Source of the DNA: an uncultured delta proteobacterium
GTDB taxonomy: Bacteria; Myxococcota_A; Polyangia; Haliangiales; Haliangiaceae
NCBI GenBank assembly: GCA_963743525.1
Contig: CAVUQH010000003.1
Coordinates: 640,001-704,000 of the forward strand
Direction: 5' to 3'
DNA length: 64,000 nt
In this document: one piece after another, positions 48,127-58,460 of the stretch
How positions within the stretch are numbered: the stretch's first letter is position 1
Layout: each line of letters starts with the position of its first letter
Translations under genes and position numbers: made by a program
Notes under the pieces: model-generated
The model's input: only the letters and a program-made list of their open reading frames with translations
Told to the model about the DNA's origin: nothing
Databases searched by the model: none

Positions 48127-49125
48127 GTGCAATTCGCCGATCACTTTGCCCTGTCCGAGCTGCCGTACTTCGAGCTCCGCGACGGACGCCTGGTTGCCGT
48201 CGGCGTCAACGAGTGGGGCCCGGCCATCGATGCCCACACGCACCTGGCGCTGTCGTACATCCGCCAGGCGTCGGTCAACCTGACCGCAGCTCACGACCGG
48301 ACGCGGCACTACTTGCCGACGTCCAGCCCGGTCAACCTCGATATCTACATGAACCGCAACTTCTCGGTCGAGCAGCTGCGGGCGCTCAAGCGCGACCTGA
48401 CCCTGGGCGTGCTGGTCGGCGGCGCCATGCGCGCCACGCACACGGCGGCCAACCTGACCCGCGAGATGTCCGAGCTGGGCATCGCCGCCTCGGTGCTGCT
48501 GCCGATCGACATGCCAATCCTGTCAACCAACGCCGAGCAGTATCTCGACATCGCGCGCGACAGCGGCGCCATCGTGAGCCTGGGCTCGGTGCACCCGCAC
48601 GCGCGAAACGTCCGCGGGCGGCTGGCCGCGCAGAAGGCCGCAGGCGCCCGGGGCGTGAAGGTCCATCCAGCGGTGCAGTTGATCGCGCCGGATCATCCGC
48701 GGGCGATGGCGCTGTACGCCGCGTGCGCCGAGCTGTCGCTGCCGGTCTTCTTCCACTGCGGCCCGGTCGGCATCGAGAGTCGCGCGGCGCGCCGCCGCTG
48801 TCAGCTCGACCGCTACGTGCCGCCGGTCACCGAGCACCCGGACTGCACCTTCGTCCTCGGGCACTCCGGCGCGCTGCAGATGGAGCAGGGGCTCGAGCTG
48901 GCCCGCCGCCACGACAACGTCTGGCTCGAGCTGGCGTCGCAGTCGCTGTCGAACGTGCGCGAGATCGTCCGCCGCGGTCCCAGCGATCGGATCGTCTTCG
49001 GCTCCGACTGGCCGTTCTATCACCAGGCGCCGGGCCTGGCGAAGGTGCTGCTGGCGACCGAGGGCGAGCCTGCGCTGCGCCGCCGCGTGCTCCACGACAA
49101 CGCCGAGAGGTTGTTCGGGCTGTAG
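48127..49125 (+). CDS. Amidohydrolase_2 family metallohydrolase
   Basis: IDAHTH, GVKVHP, FHCG, LGHSG, FGSDWPF. Confidence 0.88.
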   Translation: MQFADHFALSELPYFELRDGRLVAVGVNEWGPAIDAHTHLALSYIRQASVNLTAAHDRTRHYLPTSSPVNLDIYMNRNFSVEQLRALKRDLTLGVLVGGAMRATHTAANLTREMSELGIAASVLLPIDMPILSTNAEQYLDIARDSGAIVSLGSVHPHARNVRGRLAAQKAAGARGVKVHPAVQLIAPDHPRAMALYAACAELSLPVFFHCGPVGIESRAARRRCQLDRYVPPVTEHPDCTFVLGHSGALQMEQGLELARRHDNVWLELASQSLSNVREIVRRGPSDRIVFGSDWPFYHQAPGLAKVLLATEGEPALRRRVLHDNAERLFGL

Positions 49126-50079
49126 CTACTCGGCCAGCTGCATCGGCCGCGAGTCGCTCTTGCTCGGTTTGAAGTGTCGGGTCACGCCGATCATGATCTG
49201 CGTCTGATCGAAGCCGCCGTCGAGGATCGGCAGCGTGGTCGCCGGATCGACCGAGTCGCCGCGGTCGAAGACCGACAGCTTGGCGACGATGTCCCAGTCG
49301 TCGATGTACGACAGCACGCCGCCGATCTCGAAGCTGACCCGGGTCTGCGGATCGTACGGCGCAGCGCCGGAGTCGGACATCACCGAGTCGTCGGCGACCG
49401 GGAAGTGGAACTCTGTGCCGACCCACGCGCCCATCATGCCGTGGGGCTCGTGGAACACCAGCTGGCCGCCGGCGTTGGCTTCGATCAGCCAGCTCGGCTG
49501 TGAGCGATCCTTCTCCGACAGCGCGGTCCACGAGCTGCCCAGATCGCCTTCGACCAACAGCGTCTCGTGCAGGCTCTTGCGCGCCTGCAGGCCGGCGCCG
49601 GCGGAGCCCCACATGCCGCGGTCGCCCATCAGCGTGCCGCCGCTGCCGGTCAGGTGGAAGGCATAGCGCTTGCCGAAGCCGGCGCGCATTCCGGCGGCTA
49701 CGTTCTGCCACACCAGCTCGTCGGTGTAGCTCGGCTGTTTGGGCAGGAAGCTGGCGCCGAAGAAGATCTCGAACCGCCTGGCGAAGGCGTGGCGGGCGTT
49801 GATCGAAGTCAGCACCACGTCGGTGAACTTCAGCCCGTCGTCCATGCCCGGTGTGCCCGTCGGCGCGGTCAGGAAGCGCAGGCTGCCGCCCAGGGTCGTC
49901 GACCCGTCGGGCATGATCATCCAGTCGTTGGCCTTTGAGCGATAGCTGCCGCTATCGCTCAAGGAGCCGCCCGACATCGAGATGGTCTCGCCGACGGCGC
50001 GGGAGGCCTCCTGGGCGCGCGCCGCCGAGGCGGCCGAGACGAGGGCAAGGACGATGAACGAAGCCAGGGTAGTTTTCAT
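49126..50079 (-). CDS. Secreted, probable outer-membrane beta-barrel protein of unknown function
   Basis: Signal peptide MKTTLASF...ARA; alternating amphipathic strands. Confidence 0.65.
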   Translation of the reverse strand: MKTTLASFIVLALVSAASAARAQEASRAVGETISMSGGSLSDSGSYRSKANDWMIMPDGSTTLGGSLRFLTAPTGTPGMDDGLKFTDVVLTSINARHAFARRFEIFFGASFLPKQPSYTDELVWQNVAAGMRAGFGKRYAFHLTGSGGTLMGDRGMWGSAGAGLQARKSLHETLLVEGDLGSSWTALSEKDRSQPSWLIEANAGGQLVFHEPHGMMGAWVGTEFHFPVADDSVMSDSGAAPYDPQTRVSFEIGGVLSYIDDWDIVAKLSVFDRGDSVDPATTLPILDGGFDQTQIMIGVTRHFKPSKSDSRPMQLAE

Positions 50080-50145
50080 GGGGTGCCGAAGCAGTCCAAC
50101 GCACCGGCTCCGGCGCCGATCTGCCCGCGGCGATTTTCTTGGGTG

Positions 50146-50165
50146 AAAAACGCCGAAAGGCGGCG
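50146..50165 (-). terminator. Possible intrinsic terminator after the RlmN-like gene
   Basis: CGCCG-CCTTT-CGGCG followed by TTTTT on the minus strand; the stem is short. Confidence 0.4.
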
Positions 50166-50168
50166 ATT

Positions 50169-51200
50169 TCATGCGCCGGCGAGCTGCCCGCAGGCGGCTG
50201 CGATGGCGGCGCCGCCGCTGTAGCGGCGGTGGCTGCGCACCCCGGCGGCTGCCAGGGCGTCGCGGAACGCGTCCATGCGCGGGCTGCGCGCGAACGGATC
50301 GCGGCTGGCGACGTCGATCGGATTGTAGTCGAGCACGGTGAGCCGCGGCGCCAACCCGGTGCGGTCGGCGAAGTCGCGGACCAGCGCGGCCAGGGCACGC
50401 GCGTCGTCGTCGCCGTCGTTGACCCCGGCGAGCAGCGTGATCGCCCACATCGGCGCCAACCCGGTGGTGGTCGCGTGGTCGGCGGCCGCGTGCAGCACCG
50501 ACGCCAGCGAGTGGGCTCGCGTGATCGGCATGATGGCTTCGCGCACCGCGGGTCGGGCGCTGCCGATCGACAGGCCCAGCCGCACCCGCGGCGCCGACCG
50601 CGCCAGCCGGCGAATGCCCTCGGGCACGCCGGCGGTGCAGACCGTCACCGCCCGGGCATCGATGGCCTGGGTGTACGGCGCGGTCAGCACGTCGATGGCG
50701 GCGAGCACGCGATCGGCGTTGGCCAGTGGCTCGCCCATGCCCTGGAAGACGACTCCGTGGATGCGCGTGCCGTCGGGCAAGCCGCGGCGCACCTCGCGGA
50801 CCTGCTCGACGATCTCCCAGGTCTCGAGGTTGCGGGCCAGGCCCAACCGTCCGGTGGCGCAGAAGGCGCACGACAGCGCGCAGCCGACTTGCGAGCTGAC
50901 GCAGACCGAGTAGCGCCCCGGGCGATCCAGCGGGATGCGCACGGTCTCGATCCGCCCCGGCTCGACGTCGAACAGATATTTGTGGAAGCCGTCGCCACTG
51001 GCATGCTCGCCCGCGCGGCTCAGCGCCGGCTGGCCGGCGTTCTCTCGCACCCGATCGATCGCCGTCCGCGGCAACCCCGGGCGCGGCGAAAGCTCGTGCT
51101 CGCGGTGCACCGACGACAGCAGCTTGCGCGCGTGCTCGGGCTCGAGTCCGGGCAGACGCGCACACAACGCCTCTGCGGTCACTGCCTGCAGCGCCAGCAC
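50169..51200 (-). CDS. RlmN/Cfr-family radical SAM RNA methyltransferase-like protein
   Basis: CVSSQVGCALSCAFCATG, RNL..WEI.EQ, GMGEP, terminal AACGQL. Confidence 0.87.
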   Translation of the reverse strand: MLALQAVTAEALCARLPGLEPEHARKLLSSVHREHELSPRPGLPRTAIDRVRENAGQPALSRAGEHASGDGFHKYLFDVEPGRIETVRIPLDRPGRYSVCVSSQVGCALSCAFCATGRLGLARNLETWEIVEQVREVRRGLPDGTRIHGVVFQGMGEPLANADRVLAAIDVLTAPYTQAIDARAVTVCTAGVPEGIRRLARSAPRVRLGLSIGSARPAVREAIMPITRAHSLASVLHAAADHATTTGLAPMWAITLLAGVNDGDDDARALAALVRDFADRTGLAPRLTVLDYNPIDVASRDPFARSPRMDAFRDALAAAGVRSHRRYSGGAAIAAACGQLAGA

Positions 51201-51202
51201 GG

Positions 51203-53449
51203 TCAGCCCACCCGCTCGTTGATCAGCGCGATCAGCCGGATCGGATCGAACGGCTTGTCCACTCGCAGGTTGCGGTTGTTGTCCAGGAACTCGATGGCTC
51301 GCTCGGTGAAGGCTCCGCCAGTCACGAACACCAGTTTGTCAACCAGGTCGGGGTGCGATTCGACCAGCGCGTGGTGCAGATCCATGCCGGTCATGTTGGG
51401 CATCATCAGGTCGCAGAGGATCACGTCGTACTGCTCGTCGGCGCGGAGCAGCGCGAGCCCGCGCTCGGCGCTGGTGACGGCGACGACGTCGTGGGCGCGC
51501 GATAGGATACGCGTCACCGCGCGGCAGATCACCGGCTCGTCGTCGATTACCAGCACGCGCCCGCGGCGACTGGCGAGCGGTATCGACTGCCGCGGCTTCG
51601 CCATCTCCACGACCGCGTCGTGGAGCCCGGGCAGGATCACTCGAATAATAGTGCCCTTGCCCGGGGTGCTTTCGAGCTCGATGTGCCCGTTCATCGAATG
51701 AACGATCTGGTCGCAAATCGCCAGGCCCAGGCCGGTGCCGACACCCACCGGCTTGGTGGTGAAGAACGGCTCGAAGATGTGCGGCAGACTCTCCGGCGAG
51801 ATGCCGACGCCGGTGTCGCGAACCTCGACCACGGCGTTGCCGCCGCCGTCGGTGAAGGTCGCGATGTGCACCTCGTTGTCCTCGGCGCGGGCGTCCGGGA
51901 TCGCCTGCGCGGCGTTGACGATCAAGTTGAGGAACACCTGCGCCAGCCGCGACTCGTTGCCGTCGACCAGCGGCGTCTCCTGATACGACTCGACCACCCG
52001 CGCCCGGTGGCGCACCTCGTTCCACGCCATGCGCAGGCTCGACTCGACCACCCGCCGCAGCGCCAGGGGCCCTCGCTTCTGTTCGTCCGATCGGGAGAAA
52101 ACCTTGAGGTCTCTCACGATCTGACGCACCAGCTCGGCCGCCTGGCGGGCTTCGTCGACCAGCTCGAGCTCTTCCGGGCCGTCGATCCGCTCCTCGAGCA
52201 TCGACAGGTTGGCGATCACCGCGGTGAGCGGGTTGTTGATCTCGTGGGCGACACCGGCCGCCAACGTGCCGACCGAGGCCATGCGGTCGGCGGCGGACAT
52301 GCGCGACTGTGTGGCCTTGACCTCGGTGATGTCGCGCATGATGGCCGACAGGCCGATCGGTCGGCCGTCGTGGTCGTCGACCCGCGCGATCGACACCGAA
52401 ACCGGCACCAGCCGGCCGTCGCGCGCGAGCCGGACGGTGTCGTGGTTGTGCACGTGGTCGCCCGCGAGCACCCGCTTGATGAAACCGCGCTGTTCGGGGT
52501 GCTGTTCGGGCGTGCCGATCATCGACACCGGCCGGCCCATCGCCTCGGCGGCGCTCCAGCCGAACAGCCGCTCCGCACCGCGATTCCACGCCTGCACGAG
52601 CCCTTCGCAATCGGTGCCGATGATGGCGTCGTCGGTCGATTCGACGATGCTCACCAGCCTTTGCTGCAGTGTCTCGACGTTCTCGCGCTCGGTGGTATCG
52701 CGGCAGATCACCACGTGGCGGCCGGGCACGATGTTGGCCACCGCGCGGTATTCGAGCGTTCGGCGCTGGTCGTTGCGCAAGAACTCGAGGGTGCCGTCGA
52801 TGGCGCCGCGGGCCCTGAGCTGCGTCCAGCGATCCTCGGCCGACTGGCGGTCGGCGGCAAACTCGAACAGCTGGCGGCCAAGGAGCTGAGCTTCGGTCAC
52901 GCCGAACAGCTCCGGGGAAACGGCGTTGATCGCCACGATTCGCCGGTCGTCGTCGATCACGATTACTGCCTCGCCGACGCCGTCGAGGGCGGCTCGCAGC
53001 AGGCGCTCGCTCTGCCGCAGCGTGTGGATCGTGCGCGTTCGGTCGATCGCCTGGCGAATCGCCCGGGCCAGCGGGCCGATCTCGAGATCCTTCTTGACCA
53101 GGTAGTCCGACGCCCCCGACAGGATCGCCTTTCGCTCGACCGCCTGGTCGTCGGTTCCCGACAGCAGCACGACCGGGGTGGTCACGCCGGCGGCGAGCAG
53201 CGCCTGCAACGCTCCGAGGCCGTCGTCGGCACCGAGTAGACAGAGGTCGTAGCGGCCGCCGAGCAGTCCCGGCAACCCCTCGTCGAGGGCGGTGAGCCAT
53301 TCGACCGCGTGGCATTCGCGACCCATCTCGGCCAGGAGCTCGCTGATCGTCTGCGCGTCATCGCGCTTCGGCTCGATGAGCAATAACTGCACCGGCAGCT
53401 GGGTGGTGCCGCCAGGATGCTCGTTGTCGTGGAAGGTTTCCTCGCCCAT
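51203..53449 (-). CDS. Hybrid histidine kinase REC-PAS-PAS-HisKA-HATPase-REC
   Basis: AHEINNPL, NLIVNAAQA, GTGLGL, terminal REC (IDDE, CDLMMP, KPF). Confidence 0.92.
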   Translation of the reverse strand: MGEETFHDNEHPGGTTQLPVQLLLIEPKRDDAQTISELLAEMGRECHAVEWLTALDEGLPGLLGGRYDLCLLGADDGLGALQALLAAGVTTPVVLLSGTDDQAVERKAILSGASDYLVKKDLEIGPLARAIRQAIDRTRTIHTLRQSERLLRAALDGVGEAVIVIDDDRRIVAINAVSPELFGVTEAQLLGRQLFEFAADRQSAEDRWTQLRARGAIDGTLEFLRNDQRRTLEYRAVANIVPGRHVVICRDTTERENVETLQQRLVSIVESTDDAIIGTDCEGLVQAWNRGAERLFGWSAAEAMGRPVSMIGTPEQHPEQRGFIKRVLAGDHVHNHDTVRLARDGRLVPVSVSIARVDDHDGRPIGLSAIMRDITEVKATQSRMSAADRMASVGTLAAGVAHEINNPLTAVIANLSMLEERIDGPEELELVDEARQAAELVRQIVRDLKVFSRSDEQKRGPLALRRVVESSLRMAWNEVRHRARVVESYQETPLVDGNESRLAQVFLNLIVNAAQAIPDARAEDNEVHIATFTDGGGNAVVEVRDTGVGISPESLPHIFEPFFTTKPVGVGTGLGLAICDQIVHSMNGHIELESTPGKGTIIRVILPGLHDAVVEMAKPRQSIPLASRRGRVLVIDDEPVICRAVTRILSRAHDVVAVTSAERGLALLRADEQYDVILCDLMMPNMTGMDLHHALVESHPDLVDKLVFVTGGAFTERAIEFLDNNRNLRVDKPFDPIRLIALINERVG

Positions 53450-53653
53450 TGGGAGCTCGCACTACCACCGGTAACTCGGTCGGCCCCACTGCGATCTTGA
53501 ACGAGTGGTCGTTCGTTCGCGGCGTTTACGTTACAACCGCGGTGGCCGGCTGGGCCAGCCTTACCGGCGGTCCTCGATCAGTCAGCGAGCGACAGGGAGA
53601 ACACGGGGCCACCTGGTGCCAATGTGGTAGCGTCCGGCACCGAGGTGGAGGCA

Positions 53654-54568
53654 ATGAAGATCACGGTGCTGGCGATCGTGTTCGCCATGGGTTGCGGGAG
53701 TCCGCCAAGCGGAGTGGTGGCGACCGACGCCGACGCCGCGCCAACCCCGGACAGCGCCCCCCCCGACGCCTCACTGCAAGCGCTGGGCCCGTCGCTGGTC
53801 ATCGACGACATGCACATCGCCAGCCTGCAGGAAGACGCGCACGCGCTGTCGCTCCTCGGCACTGCGATCAACCCGCAGTTGCAGTCGGCGATCCAGGGGG
53901 GAACCCTGCTCCTGGGCGTCGAGCTGCGCGAGCTGGACGATCCGTCGGCCGCGACCGACGAGCCGCTGACGGTCGGCATGTACACCCTGCAAGATACCGA
54001 CGGCGACGCCAGCGACAACTTCGTCGCCGGCAGCCCGGAGGTGTTTACGGTGGCCGCCGGCAGCTTCACCGGCGACACGCCGTCAGTGCTCTTCTCCGAC
54101 GCCACCATCACCCGTCGGCACCTCGATGCGACCGGCGTGTCGGCCCTGGATCTACTCGGTGGCGCGCTGCCGTTCGCCTTGCAGCAGCCCGAGCTGTCGG
54201 GAGATCTGGTCGCTGACGCCGACGGCACCCACGTGGTCGAGCTGACCGGCGGCCGGCTGGTCGGCGGGCTGCCAGCCAGCTTGCTGGCCCTTGCGCCCAA
54301 CATCGCCACCGGCCAGTGTCCGGGCGCGACCATGCTCGACGTCATCGCCACCGGCTGTGGGCTGCTGCCGCTGCAGCCGGACATCGACCTGGACGGCGAC
54401 GGGTTCGAAAAGCTGTACGACACCGACGGTGACGGGGCCATCGATCGCTGTGTCAACGGCGACGGCACCGAGATCCTGGGCACCGACTGTCCGTCCAACC
54501 CGGCCATCGCCGACGGTTACCGGATCATCTTCGTCGTCCACGGCTTGCGCGCGATCCTCGTCCGCTGA
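53654..54568 (+). CDS. Hypothetical lipoprotein with DxDGDG Ca-binding-like motifs
   Basis: RBS GGAGG, lipobox AMGC, DLDGDG and DTDGDG. Confidence 0.75.
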   Translation: MKITVLAIVFAMGCGSPPSGVVATDADAAPTPDSAPPDASLQALGPSLVIDDMHIASLQEDAHALSLLGTAINPQLQSAIQGGTLLLGVELRELDDPSAATDEPLTVGMYTLQDTDGDASDNFVAGSPEVFTVAAGSFTGDTPSVLFSDATITRRHLDATGVSALDLLGGALPFALQQPELSGDLVADADGTHVVELTGGRLVGGLPASLLALAPNIATGQCPGATMLDVIATGCGLLPLQPDIDLDGDGFEKLYDTDGDGAIDRCVNGDGTEILGTDCPSNPAIADGYRIIFVVHGLRAILVR

Positions 54569-54569
54569 G

Positions 54570-56723
54570 TCAGACCGCGGCTCTTGCGTCGGGATAGAAG
54601 CGAAGCTCCGGTCGATACAGCATCCTCGTCGGCCGGAATCTCTCGCCCCGTTCGCGGCGGAAATGCTCCAGGCGTTCGCGGATGGCCGCGACACCGAGCT
54701 GGTCGACCGTGCGGAACGGCCCGCCGCGGAAGGTCGGGTAGCCCAGGCCGAGGACGGCGCCGATGTCGCCGTCGCGCGGGCACGAGATGATCTCCTCGTC
54801 GAGACAGCGAATCGCCTCGTTGATCATCGGCAGGACACAGCGCCAGGCGAGCTCTTCGCGCCCGGGATCGCCGCCGCCGTCGCTGCTGGGCCGGTCGATC
54901 AGGCTCTGCAGGACCGCGTCGTCTGCGCGCCGGCCCTCGTCATCGTAGCGGTAGAACCCGGCGCCGCTGCGCCGACCTTCGCGGTTGGCCGACAGCAACA
55001 GGTCGATCAGCGCGGGGCTGGCCATCCGCTCGCCGAACGCAGCATCCATCCGCCGCCCGACGATGCTGGCGACCGGCAACCCGATCAGGTCGGTGAGCGC
55101 CAGCGGGCCGATGGGGAAGCCAAAGGCGACCAGGGCGCTGTCGATCCGCGCGACCGAAACTCCTTCGGCGACCAGGCGATGGGCTTCGCCGAGGTAGGCA
55201 GCCAGGATGCGCGTGGTGTAGAAGCCGACGCCGTCGCGGACCACGATCGGCGTCTTGCCCACCCGTCGCGCCAGCTCGACGCAGGTCGCCACCACCCACG
55301 GCGCGGTCTTGTCGGCCGCGACGATCTCGACCAGGGGAATCCGCTGCGCGGGTGCCAGGAAGTGCATGCCGACGACCGTCTCGGGATGGCTGCTGACGCC
55401 GGCGATGTCGGCGATCGGCAGCGACGAGGTGTTGCTGGCGAAGATGATGTCGTTACCGCCCAGCGCCTCGACCTCACGGAGGAGTTGGCGCTTGAGGCCC
55501 AGCTCTTCGGAGGCGGCCTCGAGCACCACCTGGCAGCGTTCGAAACCGGTGTAGTCGATCGCGCCGCCGACGCGGAAGGCGCGCCGCCGCGACTCCAGCG
55601 GCTCGAGGTCGCCGCGCTCGCGGGCGCGGGCAAACAAGCGTTCCACGGTGTGGATACCGGCGGCGACCGTCGAGTGATCGATGTCCTTCAGGCGCACCGG
55701 CAGATCGGCCCGCGCCGACATGACGTAGGCGATGGCCGAGCCCATCATTCCGGCGCCGAGCACGCCGACGCGCTCGACCCGGGTCGGCACGGCGTCAGCG
55801 GCGGCAGCCGGGGTTTCGTGGCCCAACGCGCGGCGGTCGCGAAACAGCATCATCAGGCTGCGCGCGGCGGGCGACATCGCCAGCTCGCCGAACGCCTGCT
55901 GCTCGGCCAGCTCGCCGGCGTCCAGGCCATCCTGCAGGCCGATCTGAACCACGTCGACCAGTCGCGCCGGCGCCGGGTAGCCGTCGTGGGCCAGCTCGCG
56001 CGCCTGCTTGCGCGCGCGCTCGAGGATGACCCGGCGTCCCGGCCAACTGCTCTCGACGAAGCGGCGCAAGCGCTCGCGGATGCGCTCGTGGGACGAGTGC
56101 TCGGCGAGTAGCGCGGCGCGCTGGGCGGCCACCTGGATGAGAATTGGCGTGGGCACGATCTCGTCGACGAGGCCGGCGCTGCGGGCCGCGGCGCCGTGCA
56201 GGCGCTCGCCGGTCAGCATCAGCTCCAACGCTCGCGGCAGACCGACCAGCTGCGGCAGCCGGGCCGTGCCTCCGGAGAACGGCAGCAGCCCCAGGGTCAC
56301 CTCCGGCATGCCGACGAGCGTGGACGGATCATCGCTGGCGATGCGCGCCTCACAGGCGCAAGCGAGCTCCAGCCCGGCGCCCAGGCAGTGGCCGTGGATG
56401 GCGGCGACCACGGGCATGCGCAGCTGCGCCAGCCGGGCCATGGCCAGCTGCGCGTGACGCGACAGCGCCTCGGCGGCCGCCCGCGCCGTGCAGGCGGCAA
56501 TCTCGTCGATGTCGGTGCCGGCGATGAAGCTGCGCTCCTTGGCCGAGGCGAACACGGCTGCCCGCACCGCGGTGTCGGCATCGAGGTCGTCGAGGACCTT
56601 GATCAGCCGGGCCCCGGTGTGCGCGCGCCACAGGTTGACGCGGCTGCCAGGGGTGCTCATCCGGATGACGGCCACGCCGTCCTTGCGCCGCTCGACCGAG
56701 AACAGCGTCTCACCGGCGTCCAT
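54570..56723 (-). CDS. fadJ: Fatty acid oxidation complex alpha subunit (enoyl-CoA hydratase / 3-hydroxyacyl-CoA dehydrogenase), FadJ-like
   Basis: FIAGTDI, GAGLELA, PEVTLGLLP; GAGMMG, ASNTSSLPI, GMHF, GFYTTRIL, GGPF. Confidence 0.85.
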   Translation of the reverse strand: MDAGETLFSVERRKDGVAVIRMSTPGSRVNLWRAHTGARLIKVLDDLDADTAVRAAVFASAKERSFIAGTDIDEIAACTARAAAEALSRHAQLAMARLAQLRMPVVAAIHGHCLGAGLELACACEARIASDDPSTLVGMPEVTLGLLPFSGGTARLPQLVGLPRALELMLTGERLHGAAARSAGLVDEIVPTPILIQVAAQRAALLAEHSSHERIRERLRRFVESSWPGRRVILERARKQARELAHDGYPAPARLVDVVQIGLQDGLDAGELAEQQAFGELAMSPAARSLMMLFRDRRALGHETPAAAADAVPTRVERVGVLGAGMMGSAIAYVMSARADLPVRLKDIDHSTVAAGIHTVERLFARARERGDLEPLESRRRAFRVGGAIDYTGFERCQVVLEAASEELGLKRQLLREVEALGGNDIIFASNTSSLPIADIAGVSSHPETVVGMHFLAPAQRIPLVEIVAADKTAPWVVATCVELARRVGKTPIVVRDGVGFYTTRILAAYLGEAHRLVAEGVSVARIDSALVAFGFPIGPLALTDLIGLPVASIVGRRMDAAFGERMASPALIDLLLSANREGRRSGAGFYRYDDEGRRADDAVLQSLIDRPSSDGGGDPGREELAWRCVLPMINEAIRCLDEEIISCPRDGDIGAVLGLGYPTFRGGPFRTVDQLGVAAIRERLEHFRRERGERFRPTRMLYRPELRFYPDARAAV

Positions 56724-56886
56724 GGCAGGACCTCCAGTTCGCCACAGCTGTGGCAGATTGACACCTGATCGCGGGCGATTTCCCAGGCTCGGCGAGGATC
56801 GTCGTGGCCATACCTCCGGCTCTCGCAAGAGGCGTGCCGCATACGCCGTGTAAGGAACCGGGGGCCGAGGCCGTTCCGGCAACACG

Positions 56887-57216
56887 ATGACGATGACCAG
56901 TTGCGACTCCTGTAGTGGCTTCGTGCCGCCTGCGGCCAACCGCTGTCCCTGTTGCGAAGCCGCCGTCGCTCCGCAGCGCTGGCGCCGGCTCGGCCGCGCG
57001 CTGCTGGCGGTCGCCGGCAGCGGCGCCGTCGCGGTGACGCTGATGGCCTGTTATGGCGCACCCGCGCAATACCACCCGGTAGCACCGCAGCCGCCGGCCG
57101 CCGCCGACGCCGGGCCCGACCAGGTCGCGCCCGATGCCGGTGCCGAGCAGGCCGACGACACCTCGGGCGACGACACCGAGGCGCCTCCCGACCCGACCGC
57201 GGCAACGCCGGAGTGA
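56887..57216 (+). CDS. Small lipoprotein-like radical SAM substrate candidate (CxxC..CPCC - signal - LMAC-YG)
   Basis: Cys-cluster N-terminus, basic + hydrophobic stretch, LMACYGAP, acidic disordered tail. GTGA overlap with the rSAM gene. Confidence 0.75.
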   Translation: MTMTSCDSCSGFVPPAANRCPCCEAAVAPQRWRRLGRALLAVAGSGAVAVTLMACYGAPAQYHPVAPQPPAAADAGPDQVAPDAGAEQADDTSGDDTEAPPDPTAATPE

Positions 57217-58454
57217 CCACTCACCGGCGCCTCGACGTCGTCCGCGACGACTTCTTTCCCGCCTATGTGGTCTGGGAGCTGACCCTGCGCTGCGACCACG
57301 CCTGCACCCACTGCGGATCGCGGGCGGGGGTCGCGCGCGAGGGCGAGCTCGACACCGCCGAAGCGCTCGAGGTCGTCGCCCAGCTGGCGGCGATGCGCGC
57401 CCGTGAGGTGGTGCTGATCGGCGGTGAGGCGTATCTGCACGGCGGCTTTCTCGACGTGGTCGCGGCGCTGGCCCGGGCCGGCATCGTTCCCGCGCTGACC
57501 ACCGGCGGTCGGGGCATCACCGCCGAGCTGGCGCGGGCGATGGCCGACGCCGGCCTGGCCAGCGCGTCGGTTTCGCTCGATGGGCTCGAGGCCGCCCACG
57601 ATCGGATGCGCAGTCGGCGGGGCAGTTTCGCCGCAGCGACGGCGGCGCTGGAGCATCTGCGCGCCGCGGGCATCACCACGGGCGCCAACACCAACCTCAA
57701 CCGCTCCAATCGCGACGACCTCGAGGGACTGTACGAGCATCTGCGCCCGCGGGTGTCGGCGTGGCAGGTTCAGCTGACCGCGCCGCTCGGTCGCGCCGCC
57801 GATCGCACGGCCATGGTGTTGCAGCCGTGGGACCTGCTCGAGCTGGTGCCGCGCATCGCGGCGCTGAAGGAGCGGGGCATCGCCGACGGCGTGCGCGTGC
57901 TGCCGGGAAACAACCTCGGCTACTTCGGGCCGGAGGAAGCGCTGCTGCGCTCGTTCGAACCGGGTGGCCGCGACCACTTCGCCGGCTGTCAGGCCGGGCG
58001 CTTCGTCCTCGGGATCGAATCCCACGGCGACGTCAAGGGCTGCCCGTCGCTGCAGAGCGCGCACTACGTCGGCGGCAACCTGCGCCGGCGCCCGTTGGCC
58101 GAGCTGTGGCGATCGAGCGAAAAGCTTGCGTTTGCCCGCGCACGGACGGTCGACGATCTATGGGGCTTCTGCGCCACCTGCGACTACGCCGCCGCCTGTC
58201 TCGGCGGCTGCAGCTTCACCGCGCACGCGATCCTCGGCCGGCCGGGCAACAATCCATACTGTCATCACCGCGCCCGGATGATGGCGCGCAAGGGGCTTCG
58301 CGAGCGGCTGGTCCCGGCGGCGCCCGCGCCGGGGCAGCCGTTCGACTGCGGGCGCTTCGAGCTGGTGGTGGAGCCGAGCGACGCGCCCGACCCGGGGGCC
58401 GGCGTGGCGGTGACGGAGCTGGTTCGCATCCGCCGCCGCCCGGCCCGCGCCTGA
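57213..58454 (+). CDS. Radical SAM/SPASM peptide maturase, splicease (PlpX)-like
   Basis: VVWELTLRCDHACTHCGSRAG, IGGEA, GNNLGYFG; SPASM Cys in CQAG...KGCPSL...CATC...C.GGC...NNPYC. Confidence 0.88.
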   Translation: MTTHRRLDVVRDDFFPAYVVWELTLRCDHACTHCGSRAGVAREGELDTAEALEVVAQLAAMRAREVVLIGGEAYLHGGFLDVVAALARAGIVPALTTGGRGITAELARAMADAGLASASVSLDGLEAAHDRMRSRRGSFAAATAALEHLRAAGITTGANTNLNRSNRDDLEGLYEHLRPRVSAWQVQLTAPLGRAADRTAMVLQPWDLLELVPRIAALKERGIADGVRVLPGNNLGYFGPEEALLRSFEPGGRDHFAGCQAGRFVLGIESHGDVKGCPSLQSAHYVGGNLRRRPLAELWRSSEKLAFARARTVDDLWGFCATCDYAAACLGGCSFTAHAILGRPGNNPYCHHRARMMARKGLRERLVPAAPAPGQPFDCGRFELVVEPSDAPDPGAGVAVTELVRIRRRPARA

Positions 58455-58460
58455 GTCGAC

